In this document: positions 1 to 8,291 of the stretch, piece after piece
Layout of the letters: each line of letters opens with the position of its first letter
How positions within the stretch are numbered: position 1 is the first letter of the stretch
Source: Phycisphaerae bacterium
GTDB taxonomy: Bacteria; Planctomycetota; Phycisphaerae; UBA1845; UTPLA1
NCBI GenBank assembly: GCA_046754505.1
Contig: JBHHVX010000068.1
Location: forward strand, 1 to 19,645
DNA length: 19,645 bases
Reading direction: 5' to 3'
Notes under the pieces: generated by a model
Seen by the model: the letters and a program-made list of their open reading frames with translations, nothing else
Databases searched by the model: none
What the model was told of the DNA's origin: nothing
Program-made: the position numbers and the translations under genes

Positions 1-13
1 CGCGCGGGCACAG

Positions 14-44
14 GACCCCCGCCGGACGACCAACGGCGGGGGTC
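14..44. terminator. Perfect 11-bp GC-rich inverted repeat (GACCCCCGCCG / 9-nt loop / CGGCGGGGGTC), about 85 nt downstream of the flotillin stop on the minus strand; no U-tract
   Basis: Read directly: left arm 14-24, loop 25-33, right arm 34-44. Sits 3' of the minus-strand nfeD-flotillin operon. Confidence 0.3.
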
Positions 45-129
45 GCTGCGCGCCGAAGCGCGTCGTCACACGCCCTCGCCGATGGCGCGTTGTCTGCGAT
101 CCCGCACGACCAGGTATCGGCGCGCGCCG

Positions 130-1518
130 CTAGGGCTGCTTGAGGACCGGCGGGCGCTGGGCGGGTTTTGGTGAGGCATCGCCGCCGGAGCGTTTTGCGT
201 CGGGCGGCGCGGTTCCGTTGCCGGCGATCGTGCCGGCAATGGACCGGGTGAGTTCGCGGAGGTCGACGCCGAGGACGCTCTCGAGCGTCGCGAGCGATTC
301 GGCCAACATCCGGGCACGGCCCATGGCGGCCCCGGTCATCGCCGAACCCTGACCGCCGTCGATAACCGTGACGTCGCCGAGGTTGACGTTGGCGATGGTC
401 TTGGTCAGTTCCTGCACCACGTTGGGCATCATCTCGATCAGCATGACCTTGAGGGCGTCGGGGTGGTTCTGGATCGACCGGCCGATCTGCTCGATGGCGG
501 TCGCCCGGGCCTTGCCCTCCTGCAGGATCGAGGCCGCGTCGCCCTCGGCACGGGCCTTGGCCACGTCGCGGGCCGCGTTGGCCTTGGCCACGTCGGTCGC
601 CAGCAGCCGGGCCTCCTCCGACTGGGCCGCGGCCTGATTGCGCTCGGCCTCCTTGAGCGACGCCTCGCGGGCCAGCTCCGCCTTTCGAATACGCAGGGCG
701 TTATCCGCTTCGGCAATGGCCTTGTCGGCCCCGAGCCGGGCCTGTTCGGCCTTCTGGCGACCGATCGCCTCGGCGGTTCGGGCCTCGGCGTCCCGTTCGG
801 CCTGGGCGCGGCGGGCCTGGGTGTCCGCCTCCGCCTCCTTGACGTCGGCGTCGGCCTTGCGCTGAGCCTCGAACTGGCGGGCATCCGCCCGAACCTGTGC
901 CGACGCCTTCCGGGCGATCGACTCGAGATACTCTTCCTCATCGTGGACGTTCTGAATGTTGACGCTGTCGATGACCAGCCCCAGCTTGCTGAAATCATCG
1001 GTGACCTCGTTCATCACGGTGGTGACGAACTTGTCGCGGTCCTCGACGATCTCCTCTGGGGTCATCTTTCCGATCACCGCCCGCAGGCCGCCCTCCAGCG
1101 TTTCTCGTGCGACACGCTGCATCTCCGCCAGAGGCTGCTCGAGAAACCGCTCGATCGCGCTCCCGCGGACGCTCGGGTCCGACGAGACCTTCACGTTGGC
1201 CACGCCCGTGACGATGACGGGGATCATCGTCCCACCGCCGGCCTGGGCCTTGACCTCGAGGGCGACCTGCATGTTCTGAAGGCTCAGGCGGGCGACCTTC
1301 TCGAAGATGGGAACGACGATGGTGCGGCCGCCGATCAGCGTGCGGTAGCCCTGGCCGGCGGTCTTTCTGCCGCTGATGACCAGCAACTCGCTCGGGTTGC
1401 CGACCACGACCCACTTGGTCACGATCCACAAGAAGCCGACCATCAGCACCAAGACGCCGAAGCCGATCAGCATCGCCGACTTCAGCCCTTCCATCTGTGC
1501 AGCCATCAACAGATTCAT
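130..1518 (-). CDS. Flotillin-like SPFH/band-7 domain membrane protein (FloT/YuaG-like), 462 aa
   Basis: N-terminal TM helix (AMLIGFGVLVLMVGFLWIV). The SPFH core (LLVISGRKTAGQGYRTLIGGRTIVVPIFEKV...) is followed by a long E/A/R/K-rich coiled-coil (AEADTQARRAQAERDAEARTAEAIGRQKAEQARL...), which is typical flotillin architecture. The start ATG overlaps the upstream nfeD stop (ATGA at 1515-1518). Confidence 0.85.
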   Translation of the reverse strand: MNLLMAAQMEGLKSAMLIGFGVLVLMVGFLWIVTKWVVVGNPSELLVISGRKTAGQGYRTLIGGRTIVVPIFEKVARLSLQNMQVALEVKAQAGGGTMIPVIVTGVANVKVSSDPSVRGSAIERFLEQPLAEMQRVARETLEGGLRAVIGKMTPEEIVEDRDKFVTTVMNEVTDDFSKLGLVIDSVNIQNVHDEEEYLESIARKASAQVRADARQFEAQRKADADVKEAEADTQARRAQAERDAEARTAEAIGRQKAEQARLGADKAIAEADNALRIRKAELAREASLKEAERNQAAAQSEEARLLATDVAKANAARDVAKARAEGDAASILQEGKARATAIEQIGRSIQNHPDALKVMLIEMMPNVVQELTKTIANVNLGDVTVIDGGQGSAMTGAAMGRARMLAESLATLESVLGVDLRELTRSIAGTIAGNGTAPPDAKRSGGDASPKPAQRPPVLKQP

Positions 1519-2240
1519 GCCGCGCCTCCCTCGTTCGTTGATTGGAGAAACTCGAATTCCTTCTGAGACACCACCCGCGCCGTGCCCCCGCGATAGGCGA
1601 CGACGCCCACGGTCTGCCCGACCTCGAAGGCGTCCTCGTCGCGCCGGCCTTGGGCCGGAACAAAACGCTCGGTGTCGCCGATCCGGATCGCGACCTCACC
1701 CCGCGCCGACGGTCGGATCGCCACCGTCACGCGGGCCAACTTGTTGACATAGTCCTGGATCCGTGCGGCGCTGTCGCTGCTCGAGCGCACCAGAAAGCGG
1801 AACGTATGATGCACGACCTGTCCGACCACGACGCCGCCCAGGACCGACACGACCAGCACGAGCAGCGGGCGGGTGTCGGAGGCATAGGTCAGCACGGTCC
1901 CGACCAGCCCGAACATCGCCGAGAAATAGATCAGGAAGCGGACCGAGAACCAGTTGGACAGCGCCATGGCCCCGTCCGCCGGATGACCGCCGGCGCCATC
2001 GACATCGGCGTCCACGTCCATGTCCATGTCCATGTCCGTCTCGATGTCGGCCCCAACATCGACGTCGACGCCGGCATCAAGCCCGCCACCGACATCGGCG
2101 TCGGCGTCGCCCCCGAACAGCGCCGAGATCGCGACCAGCCCTCCGCCGACGATGAGGCAGACGGCATAGACGCCGGTCAGCAGCGGCCACGCCGCCAGCG
2201 CGGCCGGGGGGGTCGCCGCGATCACGAATCCATCGCTCAT
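1515..2240 (-). CDS. NfeD-like membrane protein (YuaF/YqiJ family). N-terminal TM segments, an acidic D-rich low-complexity linker, then a C-terminal OB-fold (..VGVVAYRGGTARVVSQKEFEFL)
   Basis: Start trimmed from the ORF-track 2336 to the ATG at 2238-2240 (MSDGFVIAAT...), which is preceded by GGAGGA 6-7 nt upstream. The stop overlaps the flotillin ATG (ATGA). NfeD-flotillin pairing is a well-known conserved operon. Confidence 0.75.
   Translation of the reverse strand: MSDGFVIAATPPAALAAWPLLTGVYAVCLIVGGGLVAISALFGGDADADVGGGLDAGVDVDVGADIETDMDMDMDVDADVDGAGGHPADGAMALSNWFSVRFLIYFSAMFGLVGTVLTYASDTRPLLVLVVSVLGGVVVGQVVHHTFRFLVRSSSDSAARIQDYVNKLARVTVAIRPSARGEVAIRIGDTERFVPAQGRRDEDAFEVGQTVGVVAYRGGTARVVSQKEFEFLQSTNEGGAA
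2016..2037. repeat. Hexanucleotide tandem repeat (GTCCAT)x3.6, encoding the (DM)n portion of the acidic D-M/D-V/D-A linker of NfeD
   Basis: gtccatgtccatgtccatgtcc read directly. In-frame 6-nt unit, sitting inside a ~140-nt D-rich low-complexity coding region (1990-2130). Confidence 0.8.
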
Positions 2241-2450
2241 GACTCGTCCTCCGCCAAGACGTGTGCCACCGGGACGGCCCGACGACCGTCCCGCCCACAC
2301 GTTCACACTGTAGCATGGCGCCCGACCGCTGCCCATTCTAATCCGGCCGTCATTTTATCATGGGCCGCGCCGGCGACACCCGGCGTGGTCAAGACCGCAG
2401 ATCGGGGTGGACGACGCCGGAAGATCGAACGGCGTGTGAGTTTCGTCCCG

Positions 2451-2474
2451 CACGGCCACGCAAGCGTGGCCGTG
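2451..2474. terminator. Perfect 10-bp inverted repeat CACGGCCACG-caag-CGTGGCCGTG, about 70 nt downstream of the aminotransferase stop; no U-tract
   Basis: Read directly. Lies in the 305-nt gap between the aminotransferase (minus) and the nfeD-flotillin operon (minus). Could terminate the aminotransferase transcript. Confidence 0.35.
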
Positions 2475-2545
2475 GCACGCCGCACAACGTCGTCCGCACA
2501 ACGAACCCTATGCAGCTACGGCCACGTCGCCCACAAGGGGCGGCG

Positions 2546-3895
2546 CTACAGGACTTGGGTCAGCGACTCGTCAAGACACGCGACGATAAAATCCGCATCT
2601 TCGGCGATGAGGCACATGGGCGGTTTGATGCGGAGGACGTTGCCGTGGAAGCCGCCCTTGCCGAGGAGGAGGCCGCGGGTCTTGGCTTCCTCGAGGATGC
2701 GGGCAGTTTCGGGGCCGGCGGGTTCCTTCGTCCGGTGGTCGCGGACGAGTTCGACGCCGAGCATCAGGCCCATGCCGCGGACCTCGCCGATCAGGGGGTG
2801 TTTGTCGGCCAGGGCCTCGAGGCCGGCCTTGAGCCGGGCGCCGACTGCGCGGGCGTTTTCCTGGATACCCTCCTCGTCGATGACGTCCAGCGTCGCGAGG
2901 CCATAGGTTGCCTGGACTGGGTTGCCGCCGAAGGTGTTGAAGTGCAGTTTGCCGCTGAGGGCCTTGGCGACCTCGGGCGTTGTCGTCACGGCGGCGAGGG
3001 CCGTGCCGTTGCCGATGCCCTTGGCCATGGTGACCATGTCGGGCACGACGTCCCAGTTTTCGAATCCCCAGAACTTCGTCCCCGTGCGGCCGAAGCCGGT
3101 TTGAACCTCGTCGGCGATGCACAGTCCGCCGGCCTTGCGAACCTCGTCATAGGCGATCGCGAAGTATTCCTTCGGGGGCGTGACGACGCCGCCGACGCCC
3201 ATGATCGGCTCGGCGATGAAGGCCGCGACCTTGCCGGGCGTGGCGAACCGGATCAACTCGCCGATGTCGCGGGCGCATTGCACGTCGCACGCCGGATAGG
3301 TCAGCCCCAGCGGACAGCGGTAGCAATAGCCCGGCATGCCGTGGTGGACGCCGAAGCCGTGGGGCGTGGTGTATTTCCAGGTGGAGTGCGCGGTGAGCGA
3401 CATGCCCTGCTGCCCGCCGCCGTGGTAGGCGTTTCGGAGGGCGATGACGTCGAAGACACGGGTGTATTCGCGGGCGGTGAGGATGGCGAGGTCGTTGGCC
3501 TCGCTTCCACTGTTGGTGAAGTAGGTGACCTTGAGGTCGCCGGGCAGGTGGTCCGCGAGTTTCTTCGCATATTGCCCGACGGTCGGATGAATATAGATTG
3601 TTGTGGTATGCTGGAGGCGGCCGACCTGCTCGCGAACGCGCTCGACGACCTTCGGATGGCAGTGGCCGACGGAGACCGTCACGATTCCGGCGATGCCGTC
3701 GAGGTAGCGGCGGCCGGTGTGGTCCCAGAGGTACTGCATGTGGCCCTCGACGATCATGAGCGGCTCTTTGTAGTAGGTCAGCAGCGCCGGCGTGAGATAC
3801 TCCTGCCGCAGGGCGAGGACCTCGCGCGGCGTGGGGCCGTCATAGGCCCGAGGTTGGTGCGAACAGACCGGCAGGGACAGCGTTTTCTCGGCCAT
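2546..3895 (-). CDS. Class-III PLP-dependent aminotransferase (AGXT2 / beta-alanine-pyruvate / omega-aminotransferase-like), 449 aa
   Basis: Motifs TNSGSEANDLA, DEVQTGFGRTG, EPIMGVGGVV and the PLP-lysine context TMAKGIGNG. AAGGA-type RBS about 8 nt upstream of the ATG at 3895. Confidence 0.9.
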   Translation of the reverse strand: MAEKTLSLPVCSHQPRAYDGPTPREVLALRQEYLTPALLTYYKEPLMIVEGHMQYLWDHTGRRYLDGIAGIVTVSVGHCHPKVVERVREQVGRLQHTTTIYIHPTVGQYAKKLADHLPGDLKVTYFTNSGSEANDLAILTAREYTRVFDVIALRNAYHGGGQQGMSLTAHSTWKYTTPHGFGVHHGMPGYCYRCPLGLTYPACDVQCARDIGELIRFATPGKVAAFIAEPIMGVGGVVTPPKEYFAIAYDEVRKAGGLCIADEVQTGFGRTGTKFWGFENWDVVPDMVTMAKGIGNGTALAAVTTTPEVAKALSGKLHFNTFGGNPVQATYGLATLDVIDEEGIQENARAVGARLKAGLEALADKHPLIGEVRGMGLMLGVELVRDHRTKEPAGPETARILEEAKTRGLLLGKGGFHGNVLRIKPPMCLIAEDADFIVACLDESLTQVL

Positions 3896-4057
3896 GGTGG
3901 AGTTTCCTTTCTCGTCCTCATTGTCGACGGACGCGGCGGCGGCGTCAAAGGCGGCGGGCCGTCAGGGGCGCATGGCAGGGCCGCTCGCTGGCGGTCACGG
4001 TTCGGATCGGGGACGTCGTTCGGCGGAAGACGACAGACGCGGGACGCGGGGCGTACA

Positions 4058-6205
4058 ATGAGTGCCATGCCGGAAGCGGCCGGACATCTCGCGATCATCA
4101 CGCTGGCGAACCCGGCCTTGTTGTGGGGCGCGACGGCCTGCGCGGCGCCGGTGATCATTCACCTGATCCTCCGATCGCGGCCGCGCCGACAGCCCTTTCC
4201 GGCGTTGCAGTTCCTGATGGCCTCGCGGCGCGTGAGCGTTCGGCGGCACCGGCTCCGTCACCTGCTGCTGCTCTTGCTCCGGATGCTGGCGATTCTGCTT
4301 CTCGTTGCGGCGCTGACGCGGCCGGTGTCGCGGGGGTCGTGGATCAGCGCCCGGAGCCGCGGAAAGACTGCGGCCGTCTTTTTGATCGATGATTCGGCCA
4401 GCATGACCTATCGCTTCGAGGGCCGGAGCCGGCTGGAGCGTGCCCGCGCGTGGGCGCGGCAGCTCATCCTCGATCGCAACCGGTTTCCCGGCGGCTCGAC
4501 GTTCATGGTCTTCGGGTGTCACACGCCCCCGCGTGACGTGCGATGGGAGTCCGAGCGGGAGGACGCCCTCCGCGACCTGCGCAGCGTCGAGGTGCTGCTG
4601 CACGACCGCACGCTGGCGGACGGCATCACGCGTGCTCTCGAACGGCTGGCGCAGGCCCGACTCCCGCGCACGGAAGTCTACATTCTCACCGACATGACGG
4701 ATCATACCTGGTCCGGCCTGGCGGACGGGCGCTGGTCCGACGCCCCCGGTGTCGCGGTCTTCGTGCTCGACGTCGGCGACGACGAGGACGTGAACACGCG
4801 GTTGGGGCCGCTCCACGATTTCGACGGACGGGCGCCGGCGCGGACGCCGATCCGGCTTCAGGCCACAGTGTCAACCGGAGACGCGGCCTTTCGCGGCCGC
4901 GTGGAGGCCGACGTGGACGGCGTCGTGGTCGCGCGAAGCGAACCGCTGGAGGTCCCGGCGGGTGGTTCGGGCGAGGCGGCGCTGTTGGTCCCGCCACTGG
5001 AGCCGGGACCGCACGGCGGCGTGCTGCGCCTCGCGACGGCCGATCGCCTTGAGGCGGACGACCGTCTGTATTGGGCGATCGAGGTCCGCCGGCCAAGGCG
5101 GGTGGCCGTTTTTCACGATCCGTCGGTCACGGCCGCCGCCGCCACCGAGGCACAGCGGATCGCCGCGCTCGTCAGTCCGCCGACGCTCCCAGCAGATCGA
5201 CGGCCGTTCGACGTGAACGTCCGCAGCGCCACCGCGATCACGGCCGGCGGGGACGCGGCGTTGGCGGAGACGGACTGCGCGATCGTTGTGAATCTGAAGA
5301 CGATTCCCGAAGACATGGCGAACCGTCTCGCGGCGCTGGCGGAGCGCGGCGGGCTGGTGCTGGTGGTTCCCGGCGATCGGACGGGGCGAGGCCAGGGCGC
5401 GTCGGGGACGCTATTGCCGGCGGAGTATCTCGACCGCGTCCGGCTCGAGAAACCCACACGGATCGAACTCGGTGGCGCCGCCGCGTTTTCTGACTTGTTG
5501 CCGCGGGATGTACCGGGCGACCCGATTTCGGCGCGGCGAGTGTACCGCTATGTCCGGACGCGCGGACGCCCCGGTGCGGTCGCGCTGGCCCAGTTCGGGA
5601 CCGGCGACGTAGCGATGTGGGGGCGGAGCATCGGCTCGAGTCGGGTGGTGCAGTGGTCGTTCTCACTGAACCAGGCGTGGGGCGATCTGGGCACTCGGGC
5701 CGCACCGGCGCTGGTTCTCATCCAGTCACTGGCGTCGGCCGTGAGTGACCAGACGCGACGAGCAGCCAATCTTCTGTGCGAAGAGGGGTCCATGCTGTCG
5801 GTGGACCCGGCGGCGGCGCTGGACGCCCTGACGGTCCAAAGACGGTCGAGTGACCGCTCCGGCGAGGGGACACGAACGCGGCGACATGCCGGCCCCGAGG
5901 CGCATTTCCGCGCCGGGGCGGATATGGCGGGCATGTACGAGGTTGACGACGAATCCGGAGCGCTCCAGGCGATATTCGCGGTGAACCTCCGCCCGGCGGA
6001 GACGGTGGGCCACCGTCTTTCGCCGGAGGGCGTGGGCGCATTCTTTGCGCCGGACGCCGCTGTCGTCGTTCGTGAGCGGAGCGAACTGCTCGCGCCGACG
6101 CTGACGGTCGCCGGTGATCAGGAATTGGACGGCTATGTGCTGTTGGCGCTGCTGGCCGTCTTGCTGTGCGAGCCGATGTTGGCGAATCGTTTCTACCGGA
6201 GATGA
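4058..6205 (+). CDS. BatA-type membrane protein: N-terminal double-TM 'aerotolerance regulator N-terminal' domain, a vWA-like domain with a MIDAS-like DDSASM motif, and a C-terminal TM anchor; ~716 aa
   Basis: Real protein starts at the in-frame ATG at 4058 (or 4067), reading MSAMPEAAGHLAIITLANPALLWGATACAAPVIIHLILRSRPRR. The 5' part of the 2360..6205 ORF is antisense to the aminotransferase and was discarded. Motif AAVFLIDDSASM. C-terminal hydrophobic helix GYVLLALLAVLLCEPML, then RFYRR. Transcribed divergently from the aminotransferase across a 162-nt intergenic region. Confidence 0.75.
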   Translation: MSAMPEAAGHLAIITLANPALLWGATACAAPVIIHLILRSRPRRQPFPALQFLMASRRVSVRRHRLRHLLLLLLRMLAILLLVAALTRPVSRGSWISARSRGKTAAVFLIDDSASMTYRFEGRSRLERARAWARQLILDRNRFPGGSTFMVFGCHTPPRDVRWESEREDALRDLRSVEVLLHDRTLADGITRALERLAQARLPRTEVYILTDMTDHTWSGLADGRWSDAPGVAVFVLDVGDDEDVNTRLGPLHDFDGRAPARTPIRLQATVSTGDAAFRGRVEADVDGVVVARSEPLEVPAGGSGEAALLVPPLEPGPHGGVLRLATADRLEADDRLYWAIEVRRPRRVAVFHDPSVTAAAATEAQRIAALVSPPTLPADRRPFDVNVRSATAITAGGDAALAETDCAIVVNLKTIPEDMANRLAALAERGGLVLVVPGDRTGRGQGASGTLLPAEYLDRVRLEKPTRIELGGAAAFSDLLPRDVPGDPISARRVYRYVRTRGRPGAVALAQFGTGDVAMWGRSIGSSRVVQWSFSLNQAWGDLGTRAAPALVLIQSLASAVSDQTRRAANLLCEEGSMLSVDPAAALDALTVQRRSSDRSGEGTRTRRHAGPEAHFRAGADMAGMYEVDDESGALQAIFAVNLRPAETVGHRLSPEGVGAFFAPDAAVVVRERSELLAPTLTVAGDQELDGYVLLALLAVLLCEPMLANRFYRR

Positions 6206-6316
6206 TGGATCGTCGTCACCCGGCTCGGGCGCAAGTCTCGGCGATGTCGTCCCGATCTCGTCCGAACGTATAGGCGTCGCCCTCCGTTTGCCGTAATAAC
6301 AGTATTGGCGGGCCGT

Positions 6317-6344
6317 TTGACAGACCGGATGGTCCACTTAGAAT
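6317..6344 (+). promoter_or_regulatory. Sigma70-like promoter candidate: TTGACA, 16-nt spacer, TAGAAT, about 90 nt upstream of the TolC-family gene
   Basis: TTGACA at 6317-6322, TAGAAT at 6339-6344, read directly. Located in the 226-nt gap after the BatA-like gene. Confidence 0.35.
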
Positions 6345-6431
6345 CCCTGCTTCGTACCAACCGGGGGGGCGAGTGATTTCTCGAACGCGCTCGGGTGATG
6401 CGAGCAGAGGTGGACCTCGGTACAGCCCGAA

Positions 6432-8249
6432 ATGCGGATATACTCTATGAGATTCGACACGAGACGATGGCTGCGTCGCGGCCTGGTAGGTTTCGCCGGC
6501 ATGAGCTTCTTCTGGGGCTGCCACGGGCGGACGGTGTCGCTCGAGGAGGCGAAGGTCCAGCGCTATGAAGAGCGGATGGCGGCGGAACGGTTTGAGGCCG
6601 TGCCGGAACCGACCCGGATCGACGCGCCGGCGCCGGTGGAGCTTCAGGGCAAGGTGGCCACGACTCAGCCGGCCGTGGACGCGGTCCTGTGGCTGCACGT
6701 TCCCGACCCATCGATGGCCACGGAGGCCTTCGCGAAGCGCTTGGAAGTGACGCGGTTCAGCGACAGCGTCCGGCGCGAGTACGAGAAAAAAATCTTTCCG
6801 AAGGCCGAGCGGTACATCAAACAGATCCATCGAGACAAGACGTTCCGCCTGACCCTGTCGGACGCCCTGCGGCGGGCGCTGGCCAACAACTATCAGATTC
6901 ACATCGACAGCTTCACACCGGCGATCAGCACGGCGCAGGCGGTTCAGGCGGAGGCGGCCTTCGACACGGCCTTTTTTGCGAACGTGAACCGCAACAACAC
7001 GAATCGGCCGACGCCGTCGCAGTTGCTCGCCTCGAATACGGATACGACGACCGTCAGCGGCGGCATTCGAAAACTGCTGGCGACCGGCGCGGCCGTGACG
7101 CTGACCCAGGCGATGACGCGGATCGACAACCCGGGGTTCCAGTTCAACACGCTGAACCCGTCGTGGGTTCATACGTTTGTCGCCGAAATCCGCCAGCCGA
7201 TCCTCCGGAACTTCGGCATCGATTTCAATCGTTCACAGATCACCCTGCGCGTCCTCGAACAACAGAGCAACCGGGAGGCCTTTCGGGCGACGGTCATCGA
7301 CACGCTCAACAACACCGAACGGGCGTACTGGGACCTGGTGGCCGCCCGGCGCGACGTGACCATCAGCGCCGAGCTGCTGGCACACGCGGAGCAGACGTAT
7401 GACCAGATCGAAGCCCGAATCGACTTCGACGCGTATATCACCCTCCTGTCGCGCAGCGCGGCCAACGTCTCGCAGCAGCAGTTCAACTACCTCAGCGTCA
7501 AGAACCGCGTTCGCAATGCCGAAGACCAACTTCTTAATCTTCTGAACGATCCGGAGCTGCCGTTGTCGGCGGACATCGAGGTCATCCCCGTGGACAATCC
7601 GATCACGACACCGCTGGTCCGCGATCGGTTCCACGAGGTTCAGATCGCGCTGGAGCGCCGGCCGGAGCTGGTTCAGGCGCGGCGCGGTGTGGACATCGCC
7701 CGCTTGCAACTCGGCATTGCGAAGAACCAGGCGCTGCCACAGGTTGACGTGACGTACCGGGCAACCTTCAACGGCTTGGGCGCCAACGCCGACCGAAGTT
7801 TCGACCAGCAGACCGGCGCCAATTTCGTTGATCAGTTCGTCGGCGTGCAAATCGCGTGGAACTTCGGCGAGCGAGCCGAGCGGGCGGGCATCCGCATCGC
7901 AACGCTCCAGCAGTCGCAGGCGGTGGCCGCCTACAAGCGAGCCTTGGACGACGTCATCACCGACTGTCGCGTGGCGCTGCGAAACCTGGACACGTCTCTC
8001 GAACAGATCCGACCGAGTCGTGACGCGGTCGCTTCGTCGTTTGACAATCTGCGCGCCCAGCAGGAGCGGCAGGAACGGAAAAGTCCGGCTGATCTCGACA
8101 GCGTGCTGAATTCTCAGACCAGCCTTGCCCAATCGCGCCGCGCCCTGCTCCAGGCGGTCGTCGCCTACAACCAAGGCATCGTCGACGTCGAACGGGCCAA
8201 GGGGACGCTGCTGGAATACAACAATGTCGTGCTCACGGAACGGCCGTGA
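6432..8249 (+). CDS. TolC-family outer-membrane efflux protein (OEP), about 600 aa, with an N-terminal signal peptide and a possible lipobox-like FWGC
   Basis: Two OEP-type repeats: LSDALRRALANNYQIHIDSF...AQAVQAEAAFDTAFF and ERAYWDLVAARRDVTISAELLAHAEQTYDQIEARIDF...; C-terminal LLQAVVAYNQGIVDVERAKGTLL. Alternative start at the ATG at 6447 (MRFDTRRWLRRGLVGFAGMSFFWGC). Confidence 0.8.
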   Translation: MRIYSMRFDTRRWLRRGLVGFAGMSFFWGCHGRTVSLEEAKVQRYEERMAAERFEAVPEPTRIDAPAPVELQGKVATTQPAVDAVLWLHVPDPSMATEAFAKRLEVTRFSDSVRREYEKKIFPKAERYIKQIHRDKTFRLTLSDALRRALANNYQIHIDSFTPAISTAQAVQAEAAFDTAFFANVNRNNTNRPTPSQLLASNTDTTTVSGGIRKLLATGAAVTLTQAMTRIDNPGFQFNTLNPSWVHTFVAEIRQPILRNFGIDFNRSQITLRVLEQQSNREAFRATVIDTLNNTERAYWDLVAARRDVTISAELLAHAEQTYDQIEARIDFDAYITLLSRSAANVSQQQFNYLSVKNRVRNAEDQLLNLLNDPELPLSADIEVIPVDNPITTPLVRDRFHEVQIALERRPELVQARRGVDIARLQLGIAKNQALPQVDVTYRATFNGLGANADRSFDQQTGANFVDQFVGVQIAWNFGERAERAGIRIATLQQSQAVAAYKRALDDVITDCRVALRNLDTSLEQIRPSRDAVASSFDNLRAQQERQERKSPADLDSVLNSQTSLAQSRRALLQAVVAYNQGIVDVERAKGTLLEYNNVVLTERP

Positions 8250-8291
8250 CAGCCGCGAATTGGAGACGCAGGGATTGACGACTGGTGATTG

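Noticed and set aside
463-1699. Plus-strand 367-aa and minus-strand 234-aa and 186-aa ORFs overlapping the flotillin gene
   Set aside because: These are alternative frames or antisense of the flotillin CDS. They give low-complexity Arg/Gly/Pro-rich translations, typical of open frames in ~70% GC DNA.
2360-4057. 5' two-thirds of the 1281-aa plus-strand ORF 2360..6205
   Set aside because: This part is antisense to the well-supported aminotransferase gene. Its composition is R/G/D/A-rich with no motifs, and the real BatA-like protein begins at the in-frame ATG at 4058. It is a high-GC open-frame artefact.
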